Positions 29,001 through 34,529 of a stretch of DNA of 34,529 nt are shown one piece after another. Source of the DNA: an uncultured Saprospiraceae bacterium (GTDB taxonomy: Bacteria; Bacteroidota; Bacteroidia; Chitinophagales; Saprospiraceae); contig CAYZUW010000002.1 in assembly GCA_964481325.1 (NCBI GenBank), forward strand, positions 1 to 34,529, given 5' to 3'. The position numbers were made by a program, and so were the translations under genes. The first letter of the stretch is position 1, and each line of letters starts with the position of its first letter. The notes under the pieces are model-generated. The model was not told the origin of the DNA. It did not search any database and saw nothing but the letters and a program-made list of their open reading frames with translations.

Positions 29001-30112
29001 CTGTACTTATTACAAATCTTGACAACGGTTGCGAGAACATGGATTTTGTAACAGTCATTCAGGATATAGTCCAACCAGTGATAGATGCTGGTGCAGATTT
29101 CCAGTTGCAATGCAATATTCCCGAGTTTCAGATACAAGGAACAAGTGATGGCAATCCGAACAACAACATCATATGGAATGTAGGAACTGGCAATATTACA
29201 GAAGGAGAGAATACACTTACCCCTACTGTTAATTCGGCAGGTATTTATACCTTAACAGTTACCAATGAGGAGAATGCATGTAGCAGTACCGATGAAGTAG
29301 TTATAACTCGGAACAATAATATTCCTTTTGATTTATTGGTAGATGAATTAAATCCTCAATGTGAAGATGATCTTGGAAGTATAAACATTATTGAAGTATT
29401 AGGCGGAGAAGCCCCCTTCATGTATTCTATAGATGGAGGAGCTACTTTTTCTGATGAAACTCAATTTGAAGATTTAGATGCAGGAGACTATCAAATTGCG
29501 ATATTGGATTCGAATGAATGTCCTTTTGTACAGAATGTGACTATTGATTCAGCTCCTGCTATTGGTGTAGATCTTCCAGTAGAAATAGAATTACTCTTGG
29601 GAGATACCGCTACCTTAAATGCTAATCTGAGTAATATAGACGTAAATGATATACAATCTATCCAATGGATACCTAGTACTGGTCTCTCCTGCGACGATTG
29701 TTTGAATCCAACTGTGCTCACAACAAGCGGGGACATCAATTACGAATTGGAAATTGTCCTAGGAAGTGGATGTTCTGCAAGTGATGAAATTCAATTGAGG
29801 GTAGATCGAAATTTAGATGTTTATGTACCAGATGCATTTTCCCCTTACAATTTGGATGGTATCAACGATGAGTTCTTTTTGTTTGCACGAGATCGAGCAC
29901 TTACGAACATCCGTACTTTTGCCATTTTCGATAGATGGGGCAATCAAGTTTTCCTTAGAGAAAACATTCAACCTAATGACCCATCTGTGGGATGGAAAGG
30001 AGAGTTTAGAGATGAACCTTACAACCCTGGTGTATTTGTCTACTTCATCGAAGTAGAGTTTCGAACAGGCGATGTAGAAATTATAAAGGGAAATGTTACC
30101 GTCATGGATTAA
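23087..30112 (+). CDS. Giant T9SS (type-B sorting domain) repeat-rich surface/adhesin-like protein with N-terminal proprotein-convertase P-domain
   Basis: The maximal ORF is 22994-30112 with no in-frame ATG before the signal peptide. A TTG at 23087 gives MKQTLYFLFFSLSILFAVDANA-Q. P-domain-like block (GDLAILLTSPSGQTITLV...GTWILEVID). 23 Ig-like modules, one SprB-type repeat, and a C-terminal gliding-motility/type-B T9SS domain (DVYVPDAFSPYNLDGINDEF...VFVYFIEV...GNVTVMD). Confidence 0.85.
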   Translation: MKQTLYFLFFSLSILFAVDANAQGGGCGCTNCPQFMPDNFRGDFLINVMGATNNDLADPAQGVCEVRLTFDHQYIGDLAILLTSPSGQTITLVGPIGLFGESDLSTWDVSFIPCSDTPVPDGGPGIWNNNNVTIQGFDFTGSYHPNQGCLEDFDMGDVNGTWILEVIDGQPVDVGTFIDYEIIFCEDDGINCNSNPCGVFANAEAPSFACMGDTVVIDASGSNGNTFVWGTDDGNFAGTPSGPIVEITSSGTYFVTVSDNGACPDVATIIFNTVPEVPTADITLSGVLDCNNPEITLQGSTDQEENVFVTWVAGAEVDPDNFNPLGMELDLDIDEPGIYTLVIINTESACSQTATIEVEDESVLPVISAVATDTISCTNDTISITGESDLDDSVFEWTGPDGFNSSEATPEIINGGVYSLTVTAPNGCVDSLELTIETDTIPPDFSISSTNELDCTETSSTLSVSTQDSLGLLSWTGPGGFSSNENNPEITQGGIYTLVASSENGCTSESTIEVMQTADVPDIDIVEDGTIDCNNPAYELLGFSTTPGTTFEWTGPNGFNSDQANPGMVTDTGTYVFTVTAPNGCSIMNALFISADTLRPTLSLTAPEVLGCDNMTTTLLGAPTDTSFTYIWSGPNGQTFIDAEPTVEGPGNYDLIVTGENGCTNSFSIEVLIDDTAPALDVSVNPTDILTCNVSEISLINTSDPSNDYTWTGPNGFSSFDLEPLVNEAGTYTVIVTGPNGCTSMDMVQVAIDTLSPDINFTSAELTCSESVVSIGVSSSANIIDYAWTGVGGYTSTEQNPSDITEGGMYTAVITAENGCTNSVTFDVAASIDMPDGEIAAADGNALSCALTELTLNAEGVTPGSTLTWLDPNGNALSTETEIMADETGLYSLIITGPNGCPRTVDFMINEDMDGPEVIDNPSVDLLCLGDVSLSVSSNENIVSYAWTGPNDFSSNNPNPIVDADGSYTVVLTGDNGCTSTTLVEVVDRQEMPSIFVDPTQTLVCGVDQLTINGSSNEPNVMYTWTTPNGSIVGDINNSSLDLNSQGTYVLTITNLDNGCEASAEVIVEQDNNTPTADIVAVESLTLDCNVESITLDAAGSDNGAGFSFAWGNAGGTPIDAETNLQTTITEQGTYFITVTNDMNQCTSIASVTIDRDVEVPALELSPLEELNCNVTTLGIENIAANSVNTLQYDWSTVNGGNITSPTDMSSIEVDMPGSYAVVLTNPDNGCTNEIPFEVTQNIQTPEVSAGQNATLDCGVISILLGGSLNSNETNIDISWTSDNGNIINGGDTFNPEVNAAGTYTLTVINNENGCSNESQVTIEPNLDLPVIEFANTNDFTCGTTSIVLDAGASTSGPGINYSWTSTTGANIFGADGPNPEIFEPGEYILTISNTNNNCESTNTITIGADTLSPMVIVDVADNLSCTVNEVELSILSDISNLNIEWTALTGNILSGENTATPSIDQAGNYEVVVTSTENQCTASAVVEVNLDDNTPTVDIAVPEELNCIQTQITLDAGLSSQGSNISILWENENGNFVSGENGLNPVVDMPGMYTLNIIDSDNGCEVSQSVVVTENTVLPEVNIDSPSMLNCNTLSTTIQAINMGGSTYEYEWQTTDGNILNGASTLNPEIDEEGNYQLTATDTENGCVTTFDIMVQQDIIPPTVIVGDALNLTCENPIALASGLGSSEGTEFIYTWTDANNMEIASTLETSFDIAGTYILEILNTSNGCSETATLLVDDLKQTPEVVVATPETITCDVPTISLSAQDMNNENLEYTWMDENGNVVNNSTADFEIDVDLSGPYSVLIVNPLNGCDTIISVFVDANTTEPVVDVSASNAGEISCDNPTVMLTGTIAGLNQNEVSFVWQTLGGNIVSGENTLTPIVNVQGTYQLMVIDLNNGCSNLSEVNITQDDSVPLASLNEPQELNCEVLETTLTFPDNGGNIDIVWALNGSPIPNANTNELLVTTPGDYSVLITNLDNGCENMDFVTVIQDIVQPVIDAGADFQLQCNIPEFQIQGTSDGNPNNNIIWNVGTGNITEGENTLTPTVNSAGIYTLTVTNEENACSSTDEVVITRNNNIPFDLLVDELNPQCEDDLGSINIIEVLGGEAPFMYSIDGGATFSDETQFEDLDAGDYQIAILDSNECPFVQNVTIDSAPAIGVDLPVEIELLLGDTATLNANLSNIDVNDIQSIQWIPSTGLSCDDCLNPTVLTTSGDINYELEIVLGSGCSASDEIQLRVDRNLDVYVPDAFSPYNLDGINDEFFLFARDRALTNIRTFAIFDRWGNQVFLRENIQPNDPSVGWKGEFRDEPYNPGVFVYFIEVEFRTGDVEIIKGNVTVMD
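23680..29300 (+). repeat. Tandem coding repeats: 23 diverged Ig-like modules of about 77-83 codons
   Basis: A conserved Trp motif recurs every 230-255 bp (for example 24278, 24508, 24740, 24976, 25213 and on to 29168). Each module ends in G.Y.(L/V).V...NGC. Confidence 0.8.
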
Positions 30113-30137
30113 TAACATTTAGTATAAATCAGAATGG

Positions 30138-30175
30138 AAAAGGATTGGATCTACGAAGGTTCAATCCTTTTTTTT
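30138..30175 (+). terminator. Rho-independent terminator of the giant adhesin gene
   Basis: Stem aaaaggattg (30138-47) / caatcctttt (30162-71) running into a T8 tract (30168-75). Confidence 0.75.
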
Positions 30176-30188
30176 GAACAAGCGATAG

Positions 30189-30470
30189 GAATCATACGAC
30201 TGAAATACCATTTAAGTTTTAAGATGCCGCAAAACTTTTCGAGTAGAATTTTTTGAGGTCAAGGCATGAACGAAGTGGTGCGTAGTAGTCAAGACCCGGT
30301 GGGTCTTGTCAACGTAGAGAACCGCTAGCGGGTGGGATTGCCCAATAGCCTCAGCTATCACTGCCTGTCCCGACCACTGTCAGGGAGTATTTTTAACGTA
30401 GAGATCGTAAAATTATACCGAAAAATATGCGGTATTCTAAAGCTTAAATGGTATAAGAGTAGTCGCGATT
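30189..30470 (+). repeat. Long imperfect inverted repeat (about 56-nt core arms plus outer 4-5 bp helices) enclosing a GC-rich core: island B
   Basis: Arm 30205-30260 pairs with 30401-30454: 43 Watson-Crick and 4 G-U pairs over 56 positions with two 1-nt bulges (hand alignment). Outer helices are cgact / agtcg (30197-201 / 30461-65) and aatc / gatt. The core 30261-30400 is 74/140 G+C and contains the hairpin caagaccc-ggt-gggtcttg (30290-30308). Confidence 0.6.
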
Positions 30471-30510
30471 TTTCTTCACGACCAAAGCGAAGCGGCGTGA
30501 TGGATAGGGC

Positions 30511-30546
30511 GGTCCTAGTCTGAAGCTTTTCGCGGAAGACTAGGAT
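30511..30546 (+). other. GC-rich hairpin at the 3' part of island B
   Basis: Stem tcctagtct (30513-21) / agactagga (30537-45) with a 15-nt loop. The surrounding 30471-30550 is 43/80 G+C. Confidence 0.45.
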
Positions 30547-30560
30547 GGTCCCGAAATCAA

Positions 30561-30601
30561 TTATGAATGATAAATGATGAATTACAATTCATCATTCATA
30601 A
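30561..30601 (-). terminator. AT-rich bipartite hairpin, candidate terminator for nspC
   Basis: Outer stem ttatgaat (30561-68) / attcataa (30594-601). Inner stem gatgaatt (30576-83) / aattcatc (30586-93). About 34 nt downstream of the nspC stop on the minus strand, with a modest T-rich tail. Confidence 0.4.
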
Positions 30602-30634
30602 CTCATATTTCATAATTGCTATGCTCTGCCGAGC

Positions 30635-31768
30635 CTAGCCCATGCGTTTTCTGTAATCATAGTATGAAAATTTGCGCAGAGTGCGGTATCCTTTTTTTTC
30701 GGACCAGGCTCCGAGTTCAGGGTGGCTGATTCCATTGAACATGGTAGTTTTAACAGTAGTATAGTGCATCATGTCTTTGAAGACGATACGATCTCCAACC
30801 TCTACCTCCTCCTCAAAACCGTAAGCTTCTAAAAAATCTCCAGCTAAACAAGTGACGCCACCTATACGATATTGGAACTTACCTGTACCTTCTTTATTTG
30901 CACCCAGGATGTCAGGACGGTAGGGCATTTCCAAGGTGTCTGGCATGTGGGCAGTGAAGGAGGCATTCAAAATAAGGGTTTGTATGCCGTTGGCAGATAC
31001 GATATCCTCTACCCTAGTGACCAGTACACCCGTATTCCACAAGACAGCAGAACCTGGCTCCATAATGACTTGCGTTCCATATTTTGCTTTAATTTTTTTG
31101 CACTGAAATATGAGTTTCGTCAAGTCATATTTGTCCGCCGTTATCAGATGACCACCACCGATGTTGAGCCATTTGATATCAAAAAGCAAATCGTGAAAGT
31201 GCTCTTCAACGGCTTTCATTACAGATACTAAATCGAGGGCGCTCGACTCACAGAGCACATGAAAGTGCAAGCCTTCTATTCTTTCTGGAATTTTCTTTAA
31301 ATGCTCAGAGGTGATACCCAAGCGGCTACCAGGTGAAGCTGGATTATAAAGGTTCGTGTCAACTGGCGAGAACTCAGGATTGATGCGTAGACCAAACGAA
31401 ACCTTGTCATTGATTCGATCTTTATATTTTTCGTATTGAGATAGAGAATTGAAGGTAAGGTAATCACTATAGTAAATTACCTTATCGATACTTTCTTCTG
31501 AGTATACAGGGGAATAGGAATGCGCTCGGCACTTCATCTCTTCAAAAATCAATTGTGCTTCGAAGGCCGAGCTCGCTGTTGCACCATCTAAGTATTTTTT
31601 GATTAGTGGAAAGTAGTGCCAATTGGCGAAGGCCTTTAGTGCAAGTATAACTTTGATGTCCGCATTTTTTCTCAGCTCTTTGATCAATTCAAGATTCTTC
31701 AGCAAAGCATCTTCGTCTTGAATAAAACAAAGCGGAGGAACGCTAGAAAAATCGAGTTTATCGAACAT
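30635..31768 (-). CDS. nspC: Carboxynorspermidine/carboxyspermidine decarboxylase
   Basis: 377 aa PLP-dependent (alanine-racemase-fold) decarboxylase. HFHVLCES and NIGGGH blocks, with NspC-typical length. Its start overlaps the stop of the upstream dehydrogenase by 1 nt (TAATG). Confidence 0.9.
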   Translation of the reverse strand: MFDKLDFSSVPPLCFIQDEDALLKNLELIKELRKNADIKVILALKAFANWHYFPLIKKYLDGATASSAFEAQLIFEEMKCRAHSYSPVYSEESIDKVIYYSDYLTFNSLSQYEKYKDRINDKVSFGLRINPEFSPVDTNLYNPASPGSRLGITSEHLKKIPERIEGLHFHVLCESSALDLVSVMKAVEEHFHDLLFDIKWLNIGGGHLITADKYDLTKLIFQCKKIKAKYGTQVIMEPGSAVLWNTGVLVTRVEDIVSANGIQTLILNASFTAHMPDTLEMPYRPDILGANKEGTGKFQYRIGGVTCLAGDFLEAYGFEEEVEVGDRIVFKDMMHYTTVKTTMFNGISHPELGAWSEKKGYRTLRKFSYYDYRKRMG

Positions 31769-32973
31769 TATACTTCTAATTTCACATTTTCTTTTTCATG
31801 CCAAGGGAGGCCATGCTTACTGAGTTCTTTCAAAAAAGGATCTGGGTTGAATTCTTCTACATTGAATACTCCTTTGTCTTTCCACTTCTTTTGCAAGATC
31901 ATCTTGGTGCCAATCATAGCTGGTACTCCAGTAGTATACGAAACGCCCTGAGCACCCGTTTCATCATACGCAACCTGATGAGAACAGTTGTTCCAAATGT
32001 AATAAGTTTTCTTTTTTCCATTCTTTACCCCCTTAATACGACATCCGATAGAAGTCTCTCCCGAGTAATTTTCTCCTAAATCGCCAGGATTAGGTAAGAC
32101 TTCCTTTAGAAACTGTAGTGGTACGATGTCTATGCCCTTATACTTGATAGGATCAATGCGTGCCATTCCGATGTTCTCTATCACTCTTAAATGGGTAAGG
32201 TATTCCTGACCAAAAGTCATCCAAAAACGAGCTTGTTTGATGGTTGGAAAGTGCTTGACTAGAGACTCCAATTCTTCATGGTATAAAAGATACGAATCTC
32301 GTTTTCCAATATTCGGATAGGTCAATTTTTTCTTGATGGCAAAAGGAGCCGTCTCTATCCATTTTCCATTTTTATAGTAGCGACCATTTTGAGTGATCTC
32401 TCTGATATTGATCTCAGGATTGAAGTTAGTAGCAAATGCTTTACCGTGGTCTCCCCCATTGCAATCCACAATGTCCAAATAGTGCATCTCATCGAAGTGG
32501 TGCTTGGCGGCGTGCTTGGTAAAAACACCCGTCACCCCAGGGTCAAAGCCACAACCCAAAACTGCCATGATACCCGCTTCTTTAAATCTATCGTGATAGG
32601 CCCACTGCCAACTGTATTCAAATTTCGCTTCTTCCTTTGGTTCGTAATTGGCAGTATCCAAATAAGGCGTCTTGGTTTGGAGACAGGCTTCCATAATCGT
32701 CAAATCTTGATAGGGCAAAGCCAGATGAACTACTACGTCTGGCTTGAATGATTTTATCAAACGAACCAGCGCAGGAATATTTTCAGCGTCTATTTTCTTG
32801 CATTGGATATCATCGCGTTTGTATTTCTTAGCGATGTCTTTTGCTATAGCTACACATTTCGATTTTGTTCGACTGGCTATCATAATTTCTTTAAAGATTC
32901 GCTTTTGCGCAGCCATCTTAAAGGCGGTCACTCGTGCTACTCCGCCAGCTCCAATTATCAGTACTTTAGACAT
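31768..32973 (-). CDS. Carboxynorspermidine dehydrogenase/synthase (saccharopine dehydrogenase family)
   Basis: Rossmann motif MSKVLIIGAGGVARV. About 400 aa saccharopine-dehydrogenase-family protein translationally coupled to nspC. The ATG at 32973 is preferred over the ORF-track start at 33024 because a -7 box lies at 32995-33002. Confidence 0.88.
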   Translation of the reverse strand: MSKVLIIGAGGVARVTAFKMAAQKRIFKEIMIASRTKSKCVAIAKDIAKKYKRDDIQCKKIDAENIPALVRLIKSFKPDVVVHLALPYQDLTIMEACLQTKTPYLDTANYEPKEEAKFEYSWQWAYHDRFKEAGIMAVLGCGFDPGVTGVFTKHAAKHHFDEMHYLDIVDCNGGDHGKAFATNFNPEINIREITQNGRYYKNGKWIETAPFAIKKKLTYPNIGKRDSYLLYHEELESLVKHFPTIKQARFWMTFGQEYLTHLRVIENIGMARIDPIKYKGIDIVPLQFLKEVLPNPGDLGENYSGETSIGCRIKGVKNGKKKTYYIWNNCSHQVAYDETGAQGVSYTTGVPAMIGTKMILQKKWKDKGVFNVEEFNPDPFLKELSKHGLPWHEKENVKLEV

Positions 32974-32994
32974 TTTTTTGGTATTGATTATGGG

Positions 32995-33002
32995 CAAATT
33001 TA
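32995..33002 (-). promoter_or_regulatory. Candidate -7 box (TAAATTTG on minus strand) for the norspermidine operon
   Basis: Plus-strand caaattta is the reverse complement of TAnnTTTG. It lies 22 nt upstream of the ATG at 32973. Confidence 0.35.
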
Positions 33003-33088
33003 ATCGTAAAATATGGAATTTCAAATAATATTTTAACCTCCTTTAAACTACATTTTCCAGTTAAATTTATCTCATCTTTGCTACGTCA

Positions 33089-34282
33089 ATGGCATTGAAT
33101 CAAGAAACAAATCAAGTTCCATTATACACCTATGCATTTTTAGTGTTGTGCCTAAGCCATGTCCTTTTTGGAGCCTCCTTTAGCATGATGCTAGCAGAGC
33201 TGCCAGACCATTTGAAGAATTTGGGAGGTGAGGAATATATCGGACTAATCATTGGGCTCTTTACCTTAACAGCGGGTTTGAGCAGGCCATTCAGCGGAAA
33301 GCTTACGGATACTATCGGCAGAATACCCGTGATGATTATTGGAACTGTCGTTTGCATATTTTGTAGCTTGTCCTACCCTTTTATTTCTAGTGTGGCAGGT
33401 TTTCTTTTTTTAAGACTTATCCATGGGTTTTCTACGGGCTTCAAACCTACTGCTTCGACGGCGTATGTTGCAGACATTGTACCCTCCCATAGACGAGGAG
33501 AAGCTATGGGTATTCTGGGAGTTTCGTTGAATGTAGGAACTTCGGGGGCTCCTCCATTTGGTAGTTACTTGGTAAATAATTTTTCAATAGATACTATGTT
33601 TTTCACATCTTCTTTTTTAGCGGTCATCTCAGTGGTCTTGCTCTTAGGATTGAAAGAAACGCTGCGAGATAAAAAAAGATTTAATGCCAAATTGTTGTTC
33701 CTAAAGAAAGAAGAATTATTTCATTCAGCGGGCTTAAGACCAGCTATCATCACTTTCAGCTTGTACTTTGGATTTGGCGCCATACTGACCATCGTTCCTA
33801 ATCAATGCGTACACTTGGGTATTGAAAATAAAGGTCTTTATCTAGGTATTATAACAGCTTCTTCGATTGCTTCAAGATTGGTAGCAGGGCGTGTTTCAGA
33901 TATTTATGGTCGGCTCCCTGTACTCAAGGTCGCTCTGTTTTGTGTGATTTGTTCTTTGGTATTTTTTGGCTACGCCAATAGTCCAACTTGGCTCTTCTTA
34001 GCTTCAGGTTTGCTTGGCTTCTCCTTTGGGATTTCTAGTCCAGCCATGTTCGCTTGGGTTATTGATAGAGCCGACCCAAAATATCTAGGACGTGTCCTCG
34101 CTACAGTTTATATTGCGCTGGAAGCTGGCATTGGATTGGGAGCCTTGATCAGCGCAGAGGTCTATCAAAATAATGTAGACAACTTCACATTGAGCTTTTG
34201 GGTTATAGCTGCAGTATCTACATTGGGATTATTCTATCTGATGAGCATCAAGAAAGAAGATCCCTACGTTACGCCCTCTTAA
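33089..34282 (+). CDS. MFS transporter (12-TM)
   Basis: 397 aa, hydrophobic throughout. MFS loop signatures GKLTDTIGRIP (TM2-3) and AGRVSDIYGRLP (TM8-9). Confidence 0.85.
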   Translation: MALNQETNQVPLYTYAFLVLCLSHVLFGASFSMMLAELPDHLKNLGGEEYIGLIIGLFTLTAGLSRPFSGKLTDTIGRIPVMIIGTVVCIFCSLSYPFISSVAGFLFLRLIHGFSTGFKPTASTAYVADIVPSHRRGEAMGILGVSLNVGTSGAPPFGSYLVNNFSIDTMFFTSSFLAVISVVLLLGLKETLRDKKRFNAKLLFLKKEELFHSAGLRPAIITFSLYFGFGAILTIVPNQCVHLGIENKGLYLGIITASSIASRLVAGRVSDIYGRLPVLKVALFCVICSLVFFGYANSPTWLFLASGLLGFSFGISSPAMFAWVIDRADPKYLGRVLATVYIALEAGIGLGALISAEVYQNNVDNFTLSFWVIAAVSTLGLFYLMSIKKEDPYVTPS

Positions 34283-34465
34283 TACTAGAGTCAGATTCAA
34301 AAATTCAAATATAATGTGAGAGAATGACGCCCCCCCTTTAAAACATACATTGCACAAGCCAACAAAATAGTCGTTTCCACATCCATTACAGCCTAAAAAT
34401 CGTTAATAAGTTGATAATAGCACCAAAAACAGGGGCTTTTGCTCCATTTTATTGAGCAATTAAGC

Positions 34466-34484
34466 TAGATTTGCATTATATTTG
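34466..34484 (+). promoter_or_regulatory. Two tandem candidate -7 boxes (TAGATTTG, TATATTTG) upstream of an ATG at 34513
   Basis: Exact TAnnTTTG matches at 34466-73 and 34477-84. An ATG at 34513 opens a frame that runs off the window. Confidence 0.3.
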
Positions 34485-34529
34485 CTAATAAATAAGAGTA
34501 CAAAATTAATAATGAGATTAGTAGCTATC

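Noticed and set aside
23680-29300. Regular 230-255-bp periodicity that could be mistaken for a repeat array or CRISPR-like locus
   Set aside because: The periodicity sits inside one continuous reading frame and corresponds to protein domain repeats. There are no short identical direct repeats with unique spacers.
23123-30118. Numerous 60-135-aa antisense or off-frame ORFs within the giant adhesin gene, with similar shadow ORFs inside the protease, CBS-like, hutU, hutI, recQ, nspC and CANSDH genes
   Set aside because: All are fully nested in long, well-supported genes and show Ser/Thr/Val-rich shadow-frame composition. Typical spurious ORFs.
30332-30523. 63-aa plus-strand ORF (GTG start) inside island B
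   Set aside because: It spans one arm and the core of the long inverted repeat. The sequence is low-complexity and basic with no family resemblance. Most likely a by-product of the repeat.
32974-33024. N-terminal extensions in the ORF track (CANSDH from 33024; hypothetical gene from 17488; LysR from TTG 8391)
   Set aside because: The internal ATGs give canonical N-termini (MSKVLIIGAGG Rossmann, MTPLFKK, MSNRIEW). For CANSDH, a -7 box would otherwise fall inside the coding sequence.
34330-34336. C7 homopolymer in the spacer after the MFS gene
   Set aside because: Short, and not positioned within a promoter spacer or coding sequence that I can define. No basis for a phase-variation claim.
34513-34529. 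ATG opening a frame (MRLVAI...) at the window edge
   Set aside because: Only 17 nt are visible, which is too little to call a CDS. Noted only as the likely target of the tandem -7 boxes at 34466-34484.
1-34529. Search for defence systems, toxin-antitoxin pairs, integrases, transposases, prophage or conjugation genes
   Set aside because: Every long ORF has a confident housekeeping, metabolic or surface-protein assignment. No gene in the window resembles nucleases, reverse transcriptases, recombinases or other hallmark accessory-system components.

Overview
AT-rich chromosomal segment, most likely from a Bacteroidota (Flavobacteriia/Cytophagia-like) genome. Supporting this: a type-B T9SS C-terminal sorting domain, TAnnTTTG-type -7 promoter boxes, no obvious Shine-Dalgarno sites, and several non-ATG starts. 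Most of the window is ordinary core metabolism and housekeeping. In order: a 5'-partial secreted M36 metallopeptidase; a cystathionine-beta-synthase-like gene with a LysM protein gene; kdsB, a NUDIX hydrolase and cdd; a LysR regulator divergent from a hutH-hutU-(AhpD/CMD-like)-hutI operon; a saccharopine dehydrogenase; a lone Wzx-type flippase; ftsK; recQ; a 2,3xx-aa repeat-rich T9SS adhesin-like protein; a norspermidine module (nspC plus carboxynorspermidine dehydrogenase); and an MFS transporter. I found no tRNA, rRNA, CRISPR array, transposase, integrase, or recognisable defence or toxin system, and no convincing novel multi-gene system. The least explained sequence is non-coding. Two GC-rich (53-56% by hand count) structured islands sit in the two convergent gene gaps, ftsK/recQ and adhesin/nspC. 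They share collinear motifs. The second contains a roughly 280-bp imperfect palindrome whose mismatches are G-U compatible only on the + strand. Secondary oddities: an AhpD/CMD-fold gene translationally coupled inside the hut operon; a flippase whose conserved N-terminus has no canonical start codon; a perfect 15-bp inverted repeat flanking 104 bp upstream of the saccharopine dehydrogenase gene; and the two-subfamily repeat architecture of the giant adhesin. All alignments and counts were made by eye and no database search was possible.
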